A stretch of 24,247 nt of DNA from a virus. Lineage: Duplodnaviria > Caudoviricetes. Positions 1 to 8,859 of this stretch are shown in pieces (positions within the stretch are counted from its first letter, which is position 1; each line of letters starts with the position of its first letter). The notes beneath the pieces are model-generated. The model was not told where the DNA came from, made no database searches, and saw only the letters and a list, made by a program, of their open reading frames with translations. Both the position numbers and the translations under genes were made by a program. The stretch spans positions 1 to 24,247 of the IMG/VR virus record IMGVR_UViG_3300042363_001587; one strand, given 5' to 3'.

Positions 1-831
1 CGCGGCTGCGGTGCCGAGCAGACTGGCGGCGAACGCCTCATCGAAGGCCTTGGCGGCGCGATCGAGCGCTTCCTTCGACTTGTTCGCTTCGCGCGTCGTC
101 TTCTCGATGCTATCAGCAGTCGCGACAATCGGCTGCCCTGCGAGTCCGCGGCTCGCCGCCGGGGCATTCTTGGGATCAGTCAGCGCCTTGAAGTAGCGGT
201 CGTACTCCGCGTTCAGCTCGTTGAGCTTCTTTTTCTCTTCGATGATGGCGGACTGCCGTTCGCGGTAGAATCGTGACGACTTTCCGACGGCACTGGCTTC
301 GTCCGTGAGCTGCCTGATGCGCTCACGAATGGCGCTACGACCGTCGGTGAAGCCCTCGCCAGCGGTCCCACGCTCGATTTCCTGTAGGCGCTTGGTGATG
401 GTGGCGAAATCCGCCGCATTCACCAGCCGCTTGATGTCGTCCTCCATCGCCTTCGTGGCCTCGGCAGCCTTCTCCTTTGCCTGGAGAAACAGCGCCACGA
501 TGGACGAGGCGACGATCGCGGTACCGGAGACGAGCTTGCCGCCGGGACCGAGCAGATCCGCGAAGTTGCCCACGGCGCTTCCCAGCGCGAGTACGCGAGC
601 AGAGCCTTCAGCCTCCATGGCGTAGAGCGCCTGAGTGATTGAGGCCACGCCTTTGGCCGCTTTCTCAGACTGCTTGACCAGCACGTCGGTCGACCCGGCG
701 ACCTTCTGGTTGGCTGTCTCTGCAGCCTTCGTCGTTTCTTGTACCCGTACCTTGACCTTCTCCAACGCCGCGACGGCACCGTTGGCATCACCGGTGATCT
801 GCGCGGAGAACTCCGTAGTACGACTGCTCAC
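1..831 (-). CDS. Tail tape measure protein, N-terminal part (runs off window)
   Basis: Absent from the ORF track because there is no stop in the window. The GTG at 831 overlaps the upstream TGA (GTGA). It reads MSSRTTEFSAQITGDANGAVAALEKVKVRVQETTKAAETANQK..., Ala/Lys/Glu-rich and helical with a hydrophobic stretch, and follows the tail tube and chaperone genes. Confidence 0.8.
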   Translation of the reverse strand, partial: MSSRTTEFSAQITGDANGAVAALEKVKVRVQETTKAAETANQKVAGSTDVLVKQSEKAAKGVASITQALYAMEAEGSARVLALGSAVGNFADLLGPGGKLVSGTAIVASSIVALFLQAKEKAAEATKAMEDDIKRLVNAADFATITKRLQEIERGTAGEGFTDGRSAIRERIRQLTDEASAVGKSSRFYRERQSAIIEEKKKLNELNAEYDRYFKALTDPKNAPAASRGLAGQPIVATADSIEKTTREANKSKEALDRAAKAFDEAFAASLLGTAAA

Positions 832-1712
832 GAGGCGCCCTCTCGGCGCTTCGCCTTGGCATTCGCCTCAGCCACGCGCTGCGCTTCAGCGGCTGCGACA
901 GCGGCGGCCATGGCCTCGGGAAAGCTCCACCGACGCATGAGATGGCTCGGGGGGACGCCGTGCTCGCTGGCGTAGCCGCTCAGGAAACCTGAAAGCGACA
1001 GACGTGAGCGCTCGGTGCGCTCCTCGTCTGGCATGGCGGCGGCCATGATCGCGACGGCTTCGAAGTGCAGTTTGCGATGCGCCACGAAGATGGCGAGGTA
1101 GTCTTCCGGGAGCAGGTGCTCCGTGAACTCCGGTGGATCGATCACCCCCTCGGATGGGAAGGGTAGGCCCACACCCTCCGTCAAGAGAATCCACGCCCAC
1201 GTGCGGCACGCCATGCCCTGCGTCAGGGCCGTGAGGCCGCGTAGCTCCTCGTCGGGTGCACCCTGCGTGTCAGCGAGCTCAGTGACGAGGCGAGCGACAG
1301 GTCGCATGATGGCATCCAAGGAGTCAAGCCACGACAGCGCCCAGGCGCTCTTCGGATAGACCAGTCGATCACCAATCGAAAGCGTGACCGAGACGGGCTG
1401 CCGAGCGGCCGCCGCGCGCACCGTGTTTTCGAGCAAGGTGGCGTCTGGGGCCTGGGCGCTGCTCGATGCCTCCAAACGGCCCGCGAATCGCGTCAGCTGC
1501 GCGAAACAGGCGATCCACCCGTCGAACCCGATAAGCCCGTTTTCCGGGCCGCCTGGCCACACCGCCGCGAGCTCCTCGGCCGTCGCAAGCTGCTGGCCAA
1601 GGAGCTGCTCGCGAAGGGCGTTGCACCGGGTGCGCAACGCCTTCGCGGTGTACTGCCGAGTCGTGCGTCGGCCGTTGGGCCGACGCCGCGAATCCTCGTG
1701 CGGTGTGATCAC
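828..1712 (-). CDS. Putative tail assembly chaperone (gpG/GT position), ~294 aa
   Basis: Lies between tail tube and tape measure. Start re-called at GTG 1712, just after the tail tube stop at 1726. The C-terminus GFLSGYASEHGVPPSHLMRRWSFPE resembles gpT-type tails. Function is from synteny. Confidence 0.55.
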   Translation of the reverse strand: MITPHEDSRRRPNGRRTTRQYTAKALRTRCNALREQLLGQQLATAEELAAVWPGGPENGLIGFDGWIACFAQLTRFAGRLEASSSAQAPDATLLENTVRAAAARQPVSVTLSIGDRLVYPKSAWALSWLDSLDAIMRPVARLVTELADTQGAPDEELRGLTALTQGMACRTWAWILLTEGVGLPFPSEGVIDPPEFTEHLLPEDYLAIFVAHRKLHFEAVAIMAAAMPDEERTERSRLSLSGFLSGYASEHGVPPSHLMRRWSFPEAMAAAVAAAEAQRVAEANAKAKRREGAS

Positions 1713-1725
1713 AGGTCGGAGCCGC

Positions 1726-2475
1726 TTAGGTGTCCGACACCCAAAACACGATGTCCGTGAACTTGACGGACACGCCCCACACCGTCGGGCTGCCCTTGCC
1801 GACGAACTGCGCCGAGACATTCACCTCGGGGAAGCAGTTCATGATGTCGGCGTTGAGCGTCTTGCCGGAGACGAGCAGGCCCTTCGCACGGAGGCAGAAG
1901 TTCGCCGCGGAGCCGATGGTGCTGCGCCCGATGAGCAGGCGATACGGATCAGCGGTGGTGCCGTTGCCCTTGATCGCGTCCTCATCTGCGCCGTACGCTG
2001 TGGCGATGTTGCGCAGCGACGACTCACGCAGCGAGAACGAGAACTGCTGCTCCGGCGTGTCGCCGTCGATGTACGCGATGGCGGCGCGAGAGTTGGCCGC
2101 GCCAATGCCTGTCTTCGAGGCGGCCGTCGTGAACGTGCCGCCAGCATCTTCGATGAACCCGAGGTCCTGGCGGGTGACCTTCTTGATCGCCGCGCCGGCC
2201 GGCTGGGCGAGCATGAACGGACGCAGCACAGGAATCGGCGCCGACGAACCCGGCTTGGTGCCCAGTTGGTTGAGCTCGAGCCCGCCCGCGCCGTCGACGA
2301 AGACGTAGTCGCTGCTGGCGAACGAAGCGAACGCCGTCACGGTCACGGCCGCGGCGTCGGCAGTAATCGGCGCGGAGATCGTGTCCAGCACCGGCGTGGT
2401 GGTCGGGATGTAGAACTTCTCAATCGATCGCAGGAACCGGGCAAGCTCGGCTCCGTTGTTGAGGCGCTGGCTCAT
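1726..2475 (-). CDS. Major tail (tube) protein, siphovirus type
   Basis: 249 aa, beta-rich, with DLGFIEDAGGTFT and FSFSLRESS motifs typical of tail tube proteins; expected position. Confidence 0.7.
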   Translation of the reverse strand: MSQRLNNGAELARFLRSIEKFYIPTTTPVLDTISAPITADAAAVTVTAFASFASSDYVFVDGAGGLELNQLGTKPGSSAPIPVLRPFMLAQPAGAAIKKVTRQDLGFIEDAGGTFTTAASKTGIGAANSRAAIAYIDGDTPEQQFSFSLRESSLRNIATAYGADEDAIKGNGTTADPYRLLIGRSTIGSAANFCLRAKGLLVSGKTLNADIMNCFPEVNVSAQFVGKGSPTVWGVSVKFTDIVFWVSDT

Positions 2476-2478
2476 GGG

Positions 2479-3033
2479 TCAGGTCTCCGGGGCGCCGAGC
2501 GCCCACGTATCTGTGGCGGTAAAGGGGATCACGAGCGCCAATGCGACTTGGCCGGATCCCGGAACGGGTTCCTGTGTCAGCAGCGACAGCTGCGACGGCA
2601 GGCTGAAGTACTGTCCTTCGAGCTGCAGGCCATCGGTGCGAAGCGTGCGGAACGCCGTGTTCAGGCAGGACCGAACCGCGCGCATGATGCGGTGTGCGGC
2701 GGCCAGAGCGCCCGCATTCTGTCCGTCCGTCGCAACGCCCACGAGGAGCACCACGATGGTGGCCGTGTCTTCCACCGGATCACTCGACATCGGCGATCCG
2801 GCGATCTGCAGCTCTTCACCGACGTTGATCTGCAGGGCCCAGAGATCGGGTATGACGCCTTCCACCGGTGCGGCTCGTGCGACCCAGTCTTCATCGACGG
2901 CGTTGAACACGGCCACTTCCGGCGGCTCGGCGTCGCTCTCACGCCGCGGGACGAGCACCCGCAACGCATTGACGCCGTTCTCCGAGTCCGCGAGGACCTC
3001 CGCCACCCAGCGAGGCAGGGCAGGGGCGATCAT
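2479..3033 (-). CDS. Putative tail terminator / neck protein (gpU position)
   Basis: 184 aa, ATGA-coupled to the upstream gene, immediately before the tail tube gene. Synteny only. Confidence 0.5.
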   Translation of the reverse strand: MIAPALPRWVAEVLADSENGVNALRVLVPRRESDAEPPEVAVFNAVDEDWVARAAPVEGVIPDLWALQINVGEELQIAGSPMSSDPVEDTATIVVLLVGVATDGQNAGALAAAHRIMRAVRSCLNTAFRTLRTDGLQLEGQYFSLPSQLSLLTQEPVPGSGQVALALVIPFTATDTWALGAPET

Positions 3034-3350
3034 GCGCGCTTGACCTGCAGGACGTAGAAGTCGAAGAGCGATGTCGGACGTGCGAGCGGTTGATCAATCA
3101 CGTACGACACACCGCGCGAGGGGATCGAGACCGTGAGGCCCATCACCGTGGCCAGCCCAGCAAACGCCCCGCGCTTCACCTTGAGTACAAGCCGCTGCGA
3201 CTGCGTCGTCTGCCCGGCGGTCTCCTGCTCGAGCACGACGTCGTCCAGCAGCCCACGCTTCACGGTGGGCGCTGCGGTGATCTCCAGATCCTCGCCGAAG
3301 TCGTCGAGGATCTGGTCTGCGTCACCAGGCTGAAACGGAGAAGGGCTCAC
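3030..3350 (-). CDS. Putative head-closure / head-tail joining protein (FII-like), ~106 aa
   Basis: Start re-called at GTG 3350, just after the capsid stop at 3365. MSPSPFQPGDADQILDDFGEDLEIT...YVIDQP is a small beta protein in the FII position. Confidence 0.6.
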   Translation of the reverse strand: MSPSPFQPGDADQILDDFGEDLEITAAPTVKRGLLDDVVLEQETAGQTTQSQRLVLKVKRGAFAGLATVMGLTVSIPSRGVSYVIDQPLARPTSLFDFYVLQVKRA

Positions 3351-3364
3351 GGTCTCGCGTCTGC

Positions 3365-4651
3365 TTAGGAGGCGTTCAGCACCTTGAGGACACCGCACGC
3401 GTTGACGCGGCGCGGTACCACGAGCGGAGCCGACTGCGACATGATCCAGCGCACTGACGGGTCCGGCGTCACCCACGACTTCGGGAAGATCTCCAGCGCC
3501 TGCATGCCGGCTTCTTCGTCCTGAATCGCGCCCTGATGTTGCACGCCTTCGATCGCACCGACGCAGAGGGCATGGCCGCCCGCCATCGTATTCGTTTCGG
3601 TGCCGTTCGCCGCCGTGAAGAAGCCGGTGTACAGCCAAATGCGATAGCCGCCGTACGCGCCCTTGTACTGCAACCCTTCGGCGACAGGCTCCATCGACAT
3701 GATTGTGCCGGCGTCGTACTTCGGCAGCTCGAGGTCTCGCTCGACTTTCTTGTTCTTGCGGAACGCCTTCCACGCAGCGGCATCAAGGATTACGTCAAGG
3801 ATCGGCGCGCCAGCGAGTTCGACTGTCGTCTCCGACAGATCGTCGAGGTTGTCCATCGGGTTCGAAGTGGTCTCCGACCAGCGGTTCCCACCTGTGAGGT
3901 TGTTGGCGACCGCGCTCGCCTCAAGCCGGGCACTCCGGCCGAAGTTCACCACGGTGCTCGGGTACTTGTCGCCGACGACTGTCACGCGGCCGCTGAACAG
4001 CGCTTCAAACGCCATCGCTTCCTTGCGGCGCATAATGCGGTCCATCTGATCCTGCAGCTCGTTCGCGAGCGCGAGATCGCGGCGCTGCTCCGGGCTCAGA
4101 CTGCCCCCGATCGCTTCGCCCATGCTGCGACGGAGCGCGCGGTCGGGCGTCCATCGAGCTTTCTCCTTGACGTAGGCCGGGGTGAAGGTCTCGACGCGCT
4201 GGCCGCGCATTTCCTTGACGGGTGCTTCGACCAGGGGATGCACGAACGGCGCAAGGAACCGCTGGCCTTCGTCGATGTCGAAGTGGATATACTCGTCCTG
4301 CGACTGCGTTGTGGTGCCGAAGAACGCATTCAGCAGGCCGGTGTTCGGCCGCTTGAGGTTTTCGAGAACGCTGAGCAGGGTGTTCGTGGTGAACGGCCCG
4401 ACGGACCCGACGAACAGCACGGGGGCGATCGGAAGCTCGGTGGCCACCGGCGCCAGCGCCGCCGGGGCAGTGAGGAGCGACAGCAGGCCGACGATGATCG
4501 CGAGGACGAGCAGCGGCACCAGCATCAGCAGCGAGAAAGCGCTGAAGAGGTTCGGGAGCGGCGCCGGATAGACCGGCATGGAGGCGCCGAGGGGCGCCCC
4601 GTTGAGAGTGGCGCCGAACACGCCGTGGATCTTGCGGAGCAGGATGCGCAT
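3365..4651 (-). CDS. Major capsid protein E (lambda gpE family) with N-terminal hydrophobic extension
   Basis: From residue ~86, FTTNTLL...LLNAFF, LAPFVHP, FTPAYVKEK, FPKSW and QSAPLVVP are recognisable gpE-family motifs. AGGAG precedes the ATG at 4651. Confidence 0.92.
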   Translation of the reverse strand: MRILLRKIHGVFGATLNGAPLGASMPVYPAPLPNLFSAFSLLMLVPLLVLAIIVGLLSLLTAPAALAPVATELPIAPVLFVGSVGPFTTNTLLSVLENLKRPNTGLLNAFFGTTTQSQDEYIHFDIDEGQRFLAPFVHPLVEAPVKEMRGQRVETFTPAYVKEKARWTPDRALRRSMGEAIGGSLSPEQRRDLALANELQDQMDRIMRRKEAMAFEALFSGRVTVVGDKYPSTVVNFGRSARLEASAVANNLTGGNRWSETTSNPMDNLDDLSETTVELAGAPILDVILDAAAWKAFRKNKKVERDLELPKYDAGTIMSMEPVAEGLQYKGAYGGYRIWLYTGFFTAANGTETNTMAGGHALCVGAIEGVQHQGAIQDEEAGMQALEIFPKSWVTPDPSVRWIMSQSAPLVVPRRVNACGVLKVLNAS

Positions 4652-4685
4652 GACTGAGTGATCTCCTGTGATGGCCTAGCGACGC

Positions 4686-5333
4686 TTACGCGTTGCCGAC
4701 GGGGATGAGGTGAATGCCGCGCGTGCGGAGCACGTCCCGCGCACCCGCGACCGTCAGGCCAGCCCCGATCGACAGCTGGTTTTCGCCGAACTCGCCGCGC
4801 TCATAGACGAGCACTTCGGTGGCCGCCGCCGTGGCATCCGCCGCCATCGCGACGATGCCGTGCGGACGGCTTGACCCGTCGGTCGCCGCGGCTGCGCAGC
4901 GGAGCACCGCGCCCGTTGCGGCGACGGTGATGGTGAACGCGTCACCGGCGACGAAGTCCGTCGCGCCGTCCGCGATGGTGAACACCACCGGGCCGGTCGC
5001 GGGCGTGCCGACATTCACGCGGCCGATGATCACGCCGTCCGGATCTTCAATCGCGAACGTGCCGCCGTTGGCGGCCGGTTCGATGCACACCGCGCGGTAA
5101 ACACCCGCGCGAGCATTGGTGCCGAGCGAGAGCGTGCCGATCGTGCCGTTGCCGGTGTTGCCGGCCACCGCCGCACCGACCGGCGTGGCGCTGAGCACGA
5201 GGCCGACGATGGCGCCCAGCGCCAGCGTGCCGGTGGCGAGGGTGAACTTTCGGGTTTCGACGGGCAGGTAGCCTGCAATCAGCGGAGCGCGCTGCTCCGT
5301 CGCGGAGCGGTACGAGGCGAGGGGACTGGTCAT
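4686..5333 (-). CDS. Head decoration protein (gpD-like) with inserted beta domain
   Basis: PLIAG, GAIVG, DGS..PHGI, VYERGEF and LRTRGIHL motifs; lies between protease and capsid; GGAG RBS. Confidence 0.85.
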   Translation of the reverse strand: MTSPLASYRSATEQRAPLIAGYLPVETRKFTLATGTLALGAIVGLVLSATPVGAAVAGNTGNGTIGTLSLGTNARAGVYRAVCIEPAANGGTFAIEDPDGVIIGRVNVGTPATGPVVFTIADGATDFVAGDAFTITVAATGAVLRCAAAATDGSSRPHGIVAMAADATAAATEVLVYERGEFGENQLSIGAGLTVAGARDVLRTRGIHLIPVGNA

Positions 5334-5357
5334 GATGGTCTCCGTGTGGGAGCGCGG

Positions 5358-6047
5358 TTAGCCGCGCGGCTTGCGGGCAACTGCCCGCGGGTTGAACAGC
5401 GCCGTGGTGGCGAGGATGCGTTCTGCGTCGCTCAGCCGACCACCGGCGTCCGCGATCGCGCTTACGCCACCGTTCTGTGTGAGATCGGCTTCGTCGCCGG
5501 CCAGCTGGCTGAGGCCAGCCGCACGGACACCCGTTACCTTGCCAGTGAGAAGGCGATGCGCGGCGGCTTCGGGAGTGCAGCTCGGATCGTTGACCATGGT
5601 GATCAGCGACTCCAGCGACGCCTTCGAAGCCAGCGCCAGAATGCCGGAGATGCGCTTCCGCTCTGCGGTGCGTGCCGCCGTCAGCGCCTTCTGGAATGCC
5701 GACGGCTTTGCACGGCGGGCCGTGGTCTCCTCTTCGTCGGCCTGGTCTTCGCTGGCGGTATTCTCTTCATCGTCCGCCACGTCATCGCTGGCGTCGGCGT
5801 TCTCCTCATCAGCCGGCCCAGCCGTCGCGACCTCGAGCTCGTCTTCGGCGAGCCACGCATACGCGTCTTCGCCGTCGCCTACACGCACCTGATAGAACGA
5901 GCCGTCGCGCACCTCAACGACGGTGCCGATGTCTCCCTCGGCGATGCCAACATCGCGCGTGACGAGTGAACGCACTTCCGCGTTCGCCTCGAACGCAGCC
6001 GCTACTGCTGCGGCTCGCTTTGCGCCGATCCGCTTCAGTCGCGGCAT
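5358..6047 (-). CDS. Nested in-frame scaffold protein (Nu3-like), ~229 aa
   Basis: AAAGAGGAGCCC-ATG lies in frame inside the protease gene, after the catalytic domain. The product has an acidic linker and AERKRISGIL, as in lambda C/Nu3-type scaffolds. Confidence 0.65.
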   Translation of the reverse strand: MPRLKRIGAKRAAAVAAAFEANAEVRSLVTRDVGIAEGDIGTVVEVRDGSFYQVRVGDGEDAYAWLAEDELEVATAGPADEENADASDDVADDEENTASEDQADEEETTARRAKPSAFQKALTAARTAERKRISGILALASKASLESLITMVNDPSCTPEAAAHRLLTGKVTGVRAAGLSQLAGDEADLTQNGGVSAIADAGGRLSDAERILATTALFNPRAVARKPRG

Positions 6048-7004
6048 GGGCTCCTCTTTGGTTAGTGCGGCACGTGCCGCCGTGGTGTTTTCGCCGCTCT
6101 GATCATCTGCAGAGCTGCGCCAAGTGCCGCCCGCCAACTCGGCGTGCAGCGACTCGTAGGTGCCGACGCGATCCGCGAGACCGGCGCTTACCGCACGAGC
6201 GCCAACAAGGACCGCGCCTTGGCCAAACCGCGCGTCGACATCGTCGCGGGATACCCCGCGGTACTCCGCCACTGTGTTCAGAAACACATCGGCGATGTCA
6301 TCGACCATCTGCTGCCACGCACGTCGTCCTTCGTCATCGACCGGTGGACGATTCTTCTCCGGCGTCTGCGAGCTAGTGATGACGATCTCGCGCAGTCCGT
6401 AGTTCTCGAGGTACTTCGCGGTGTCCAGATACGCGACCTGTGCACCGAGACAGCCGACAATGGCTGTTTCTGCACAGACGATCTCGTCGCACGCGGACGC
6501 GAGCCAATAGGCGGCACTGCACGCGTCTCCCTCGACAAACGCCACGATTGGCTTCTGCCCTCGTGCGGCGCGCAGAATGCGTGCGAGCTCCTGGCATCCG
6601 TTGACGTGACCCCCGGGGGAGTCGAGCGTGAGGATCAGTGCCTTGATGCCGGGGTCACTCAACGCCTGTGTGATCTCGTTCGCGAGTACATCGTAGCTGT
6701 CGTACCACCACGACAAGAACGAGGAACTGGAGACGAGCGGGCCGTAGATTCGGATCTGCCCAACGCCGTTCCTCGTCGTGAGCCGAAACGAGTACTCGAC
6801 AGATTCTTCTGTCTCACCGGACACCGCTTCGGTCGTACGCGACACCGATTCCACCGGCGTCGTCATGAAGCGTTCTGCGTCTGCGAGTACGCGCTCAAGG
6901 CCAGCGGGAGAGATTCCCCATGGCTGGCCGAGCACCGCTCCTGCCACCTTCTGCCGCTGCACGCGGCGTGCTTGGCGACGTGGTGCTGTGCTATTCCTTG
7001 GCAT
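5358..7004 (-). CDS. S49 (SppA-like) prohead protease, lambda gpC-like, ~548 aa
   Basis: LDSPGG and ACSAAYWLASACDEI motifs. Start re-called at ATG 7004, which has a GAGGAG RBS and overlaps the portal end. Confidence 0.9.
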   Translation of the reverse strand: MPRNSTAPRRQARRVQRQKVAGAVLGQPWGISPAGLERVLADAERFMTTPVESVSRTTEAVSGETEESVEYSFRLTTRNGVGQIRIYGPLVSSSSFLSWWYDSYDVLANEITQALSDPGIKALILTLDSPGGHVNGCQELARILRAARGQKPIVAFVEGDACSAAYWLASACDEIVCAETAIVGCLGAQVAYLDTAKYLENYGLREIVITSSQTPEKNRPPVDDEGRRAWQQMVDDIADVFLNTVAEYRGVSRDDVDARFGQGAVLVGARAVSAGLADRVGTYESLHAELAGGTWRSSADDQSGENTTAARAALTKEEPMPRLKRIGAKRAAAVAAAFEANAEVRSLVTRDVGIAEGDIGTVVEVRDGSFYQVRVGDGEDAYAWLAEDELEVATAGPADEENADASDDVADDEENTASEDQADEEETTARRAKPSAFQKALTAARTAERKRISGILALASKASLESLITMVNDPSCTPEAAAHRLLTGKVTGVRAAGLSQLAGDEADLTQNGGVSAIADAGGRLSDAERILATTALFNPRAVARKPRG

Positions 7005-8589
7005 CGGTCTCCTCGGTTGTCCCTTCCGGCGGCGTTTCGTTGTCGTCTGTCGGGACCGTGGCCCCGCGGCCAGCCGTGATGATCTCCGTCGGCGCGAGTC
7101 CATCCGCCACACGGCGATTCTTCTCGCGCACGAGCTGCTCGTGCACAGCCTCCCACGACTGCCCTGTGAGCTGCGGCGCCTCCAACGCTCGAGTAGAGAA
7201 CCCGGCGTCGACGCGTAGAATCGCGGCGTTCACTTCCTTGAGCGGATCGAGCTGCGTTACAGTCGGGCCGGCCCACATCGCACCGAGGTAAGCCATGCGC
7301 GTCATCGGATCTTCGAGGAAGCCCGGCGCCACGAGAAGACCGCGCTGCACGGCTTCCCAGATGATCCACTCGTAGATCGGCTGACAGAACGTCTCAACGA
7401 GCCAGTCTTGCTGCGCATCGAATGCGCGCCACGCTTCCTGCAATGCGGCGCGAGACGCCGAATAGGACGAGTTGAATTGCTTCAGGAGCAGCTCGCGCGG
7501 GATGCCGAGCGCGACGCCCATGAACGTCGAAATGGAGCTCACGAAGGGATCGAACTGCGCGTTCGGCCGCCCGGGGTTCGCGATGCTGATGTCGTCACCC
7601 GCCGGCAGTTCAACGACCGCACCTTGTCCGAGCTTCACATTGTCGCCGGCGCCGATCGGCAGCGTGTCGGCGTCCTCAAGATCCGCCAGACTCTTGCCGT
7701 CTTCGACGCTACCGGTGCGCTTGATGAATACGGTGAAGAACGAGGCGATCACCGCTGCAGCAAGCTCGGAGTCAGTGAAGCGATCCAGCTGCTTCAGCTG
7801 ACGAATGACCGGTGCGAGATACGGCACACCACGCGTCTGATTCACACGCTGCTGCTCGATGATGTGCAACACCATCGGCAGGCCGCTGCGCGACCCATAG
7901 GCCGGCACGAAGTCGTACTTCGGGAATCCCTGCCCGAAGCCGGCTTCGCTTGGATGGTGACTCGCGATGTAGAAGCCGGTGGCCGCGCCGTACTGATCCA
8001 GAACGATCCCGTCGCGGAGCGTTGGGGTGTTCATGTGCCCCGTCGGATTGCCGACACGATCCGCCTCAAGCAGCTGAATCTTCAGCGCGAGGACATCACC
8101 CGCCCGAGGTACATATCGGCGCAAGGCGAACGCATCGCCGCCAGAGAGGACGGAGCGGAGGGCCAGTCGCTGCATCTGCGGGAAGGAGTTCCTTCCGGCG
8201 ACGTCGAATCGCTTGGAGTAGGCAACCGCCTTTACGATGCGCATCGCATCGCGCTGCCATGCAGACGCTTCCTGCTCTGTCAGGCCGAGATAGTCTCGGT
8301 CGATCTGCGGCGTGGGGAGGAGGCCTCCCCCGACCACGTTGTCCAGCCGAGTGAGAAGAGCGCCCGTCGCCAAGGGCGCATTGCGCTCGAGGTCTCGGGT
8401 GCGTGCCCTGAGCGCTGGCAGGTCACCGAGGATGTCTTGATCCGGGGATCCCAACCCGGGCAGCCACGCCATCAGCTCGCGGACATCAGTGCGGGCGCCC
8501 TCGTAGCCACCGCGGCCGAAGAATGCCCGTGCTTTCGGCTTCTTCGCCTGCTGCAGGCGAGGCAGTGCAGCGCGGGTGTGGCGCTTCAC
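6991..8589 (-). CDS. Portal protein, lambda gpB family, ~532 aa
   Basis: YEGA, LRARTRDLERN, QTRGVP.LAP, YSASRA and LDPLKE motifs. The GTG at 8589 overlaps the gpW stop. Confidence 0.95.
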   Translation of the reverse strand: MKRHTRAALPRLQQAKKPKARAFFGRGGYEGARTDVRELMAWLPGLGSPDQDILGDLPALRARTRDLERNAPLATGALLTRLDNVVGGGLLPTPQIDRDYLGLTEQEASAWQRDAMRIVKAVAYSKRFDVAGRNSFPQMQRLALRSVLSGGDAFALRRYVPRAGDVLALKIQLLEADRVGNPTGHMNTPTLRDGIVLDQYGAATGFYIASHHPSEAGFGQGFPKYDFVPAYGSRSGLPMVLHIIEQQRVNQTRGVPYLAPVIRQLKQLDRFTDSELAAAVIASFFTVFIKRTGSVEDGKSLADLEDADTLPIGAGDNVKLGQGAVVELPAGDDISIANPGRPNAQFDPFVSSISTFMGVALGIPRELLLKQFNSSYSASRAALQEAWRAFDAQQDWLVETFCQPIYEWIIWEAVQRGLLVAPGFLEDPMTRMAYLGAMWAGPTVTQLDPLKEVNAAILRVDAGFSTRALEAPQLTGQSWEAVHEQLVREKNRRVADGLAPTEIITAGRGATVPTDDNETPPEGTTEETDAKE

Positions 8590-8816
8590 CGGTGGACCAC
8601 GCCGTAAATGCGAGTGCGCGTGCCGCGAACCAGGCGAGCCAGCTCGTCGGCGTAGTCCTTCTCCAGCTCGCGAAGGCTCTTGAGATCCGCACGAGTCATC
8701 GCGCGACCTTCGGCGGAATACGCCTGGCCACCGGAGACGATGCGGCGGATGGCATCTCGAACGGACGCAACGTCCGTTTCGAGTTCTGCGATGCGGGCTG
8801 CGCGAGTAGTGGTCAC
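8586..8816 (-). CDS. Head completion protein, gpW-like
   Basis: 76 aa with GGQAYSAEGRAMTRADLKSL; directly upstream of portal. Confidence 0.8.
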   Translation of the reverse strand: MTTTRAARIAELETDVASVRDAIRRIVSGGQAYSAEGRAMTRADLKSLRELEKDYADELARLVRGTRTRIYGVVHR

Positions 8817-8859
8817 ACGCGCACACTAGGAACGCAACCAGACTTACGCCTTCTGACTG

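Noticed and set aside
918-924. GGGAAAG, the lambda G/T slippery heptamer, in the chaperone gene
   Set aside because: It is on the non-coding strand.
1384-3057. 557-aa + strand ORF, and similar long + ORFs at 3536-4657, 6144-7079, 7408-8607 and 15475-16710
   Set aside because: Antisense shadows of well-supported minus-strand genes. They are expected in high-GC DNA and show no recognisable motifs.
8590-8826. Long N-terminal extensions given by the ORF track for portal (also protease, FII-like, chaperone and wHTH)
   Set aside because: They overlap upstream genes in another frame. Coupled or RBS-supported downstream starts fit better, unlike the capsid leader, which overlaps no other gene.
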